Assembly (NCBI RefSeq): GCF_036321535.1
Contig: NC_087437.1
Location: 21,702,001-21,766,000, forward strand
Direction: 5' to 3'
DNA from: Camelus dromedarius
Lineage: Eukaryota
Length of the DNA: 64,000 bases
This document shows, in pieces, positions 63,183 through 64,000 of the stretch. Position 1 is the first letter of the stretch. Every line of letters starts with the position of its first letter. A program made the translations under genes and the position numbers. A model generated the notes under the pieces. The model saw only the letters and a list, made by a program, of their open reading frames with translations, searched no databases and had not been told where the DNA came from.

Positions 63183-63789
63183 TGCTCCAAATCTATCTTT
63201 GAAAAAAAAGGAACAGATCCAGTTCTAGCACCAAGCTGTGCCCCTTACCTCCCTCTCCGTAGATAACCGCTGTCGGAATTTGTTGTGTCATTTCCACGTG
63301 TTTTAAAGTTTTACTTCATATGTACAACAACATAAACAACAGAATATTTTGTGTTTTTATAATTTACAATAATTGGTATACTGTATGTTTCTTTTTGCAG
63401 TTTGCTTTTTCCATGTAACTATATTTTGGAGAAAACAGATAGATGTAGTTTTTTTAATCAACTGATGTATAAATATTCTGTTGTTTAAACAATGTATTTG
63501 TCCATTAGTCTACTAAAGAAAACAGGCACTTACCCTTAACATATAAATATGGTTGGAATAATGGAATGATTAACACTTTGAGAGTTTATTAGTCACTCAC
63601 ACTTAGGTGTGAATTAGTCATTGATCCTTTCTTTAAAACTACCTATGATGCTTGCTGTGAGAGAATAGGGATGTTAATTGAACTGTGAGTAGAATTTAAG
63701 AGCTTGGGCACTAGAAACAGATTTAATTTTGAATCTTTTATTTTGTCTGCTTTCCTTGGGCAGGTTACCTAATTTCTGTGGGCCTCTAA

Positions 63790-64000
63790 TTTATATTTTA
63801 TTTTATTTTATTTTTTAAACATTTTTCTTTGTTGAGTTATAGTCATTCTACAATGTTGTGTCAAATTCCAGTGTAGAGCACAATCTTTCAGCTATACATG
63901 AACATACAGACATTCATTGTCACGTTGTTTTCACTGTGAGCTACCACAAGATCCTGCATATACTTCCCTGTGCTATACAGTATAATCTTGTTTATCTAGT
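63790..64000 (-). mobile_element. Young-type L1 3' end (runs off the window)
   Basis: (tttta)n tail, then acaatgttgtgtcaaattccagtgtagagcacaat...ttccctgtgctatacagt. Same family as 58416-58496. Confidence 0.85.

Larger units (their letters stand above)
16839..64000 (+). other. PLS1: PLS1 5' intron (coding start MENSTTT... not in window)
   Basis: No plastin-coding sequence found. The region is repeat-rich, with most retroelements antisense to the plus strand, as is typical of introns. Confidence 0.7.

Noticed and set aside
1..64000. CRISPR arrays, prokaryotic operons or defence systems, intact ERV or transposase genes, NUMT, snRNA/rRNA genes
   Set aside because: No regularly spaced repeats, no long intact ORFs and no recognisable mitochondrial or structural-RNA sequence. 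The window is ordinary mammalian promoter and intron DNA.

Overview
Mammalian genomic DNA, very likely camelid (Camelus/Vicugna/Lama), judged from ten tRNA-Ala-derived Vic-1-type SINEs and no recognisable Alu, Bov-A/tA, PRE-1 or Can-SINE copies. The window holds the divergent 5' ends of two genes. ATR is on the minus strand: a CpG-island promoter at ~5.7-6.5 kb and coding exon 1 (6015-6073, MGEHGLELASMIPALRELG), with bases 1-6014 being ATR intron 1. A second CpG island at ~16.55-17.05 kb carries a plus-strand non-coding first exon with a donor at 16838/16839. By the mammalian ATR-PLS1 gene order this is PLS1 (plastin-1). No PLS1 coding exon is visible, so the rest of the window is its long 5' intron. 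That intron holds a probable alternative epithelial promoter/exon near 43.5-43.8 kb, candidate enhancers (~55.5 kb, ~61 kb) and many retroelement and DNA-transposon fossils. Nearly all ORFs in the track are spurious or decayed L1 pieces. I find no evidence of a novel multi-gene system. The best leads are regulatory or evolutionary: a CTCF site between the promoters, a 4-tier G-quadruplex in the ATR promoter, a nested mini-ORF in ATR exon 1, alternative PLS1 5' exons, an unexplained insert in a truncated L1, and SINE subfamily and strand patterns. Repeat names are from memory of consensus sequences, and boundaries are approximate unless TSDs are given.
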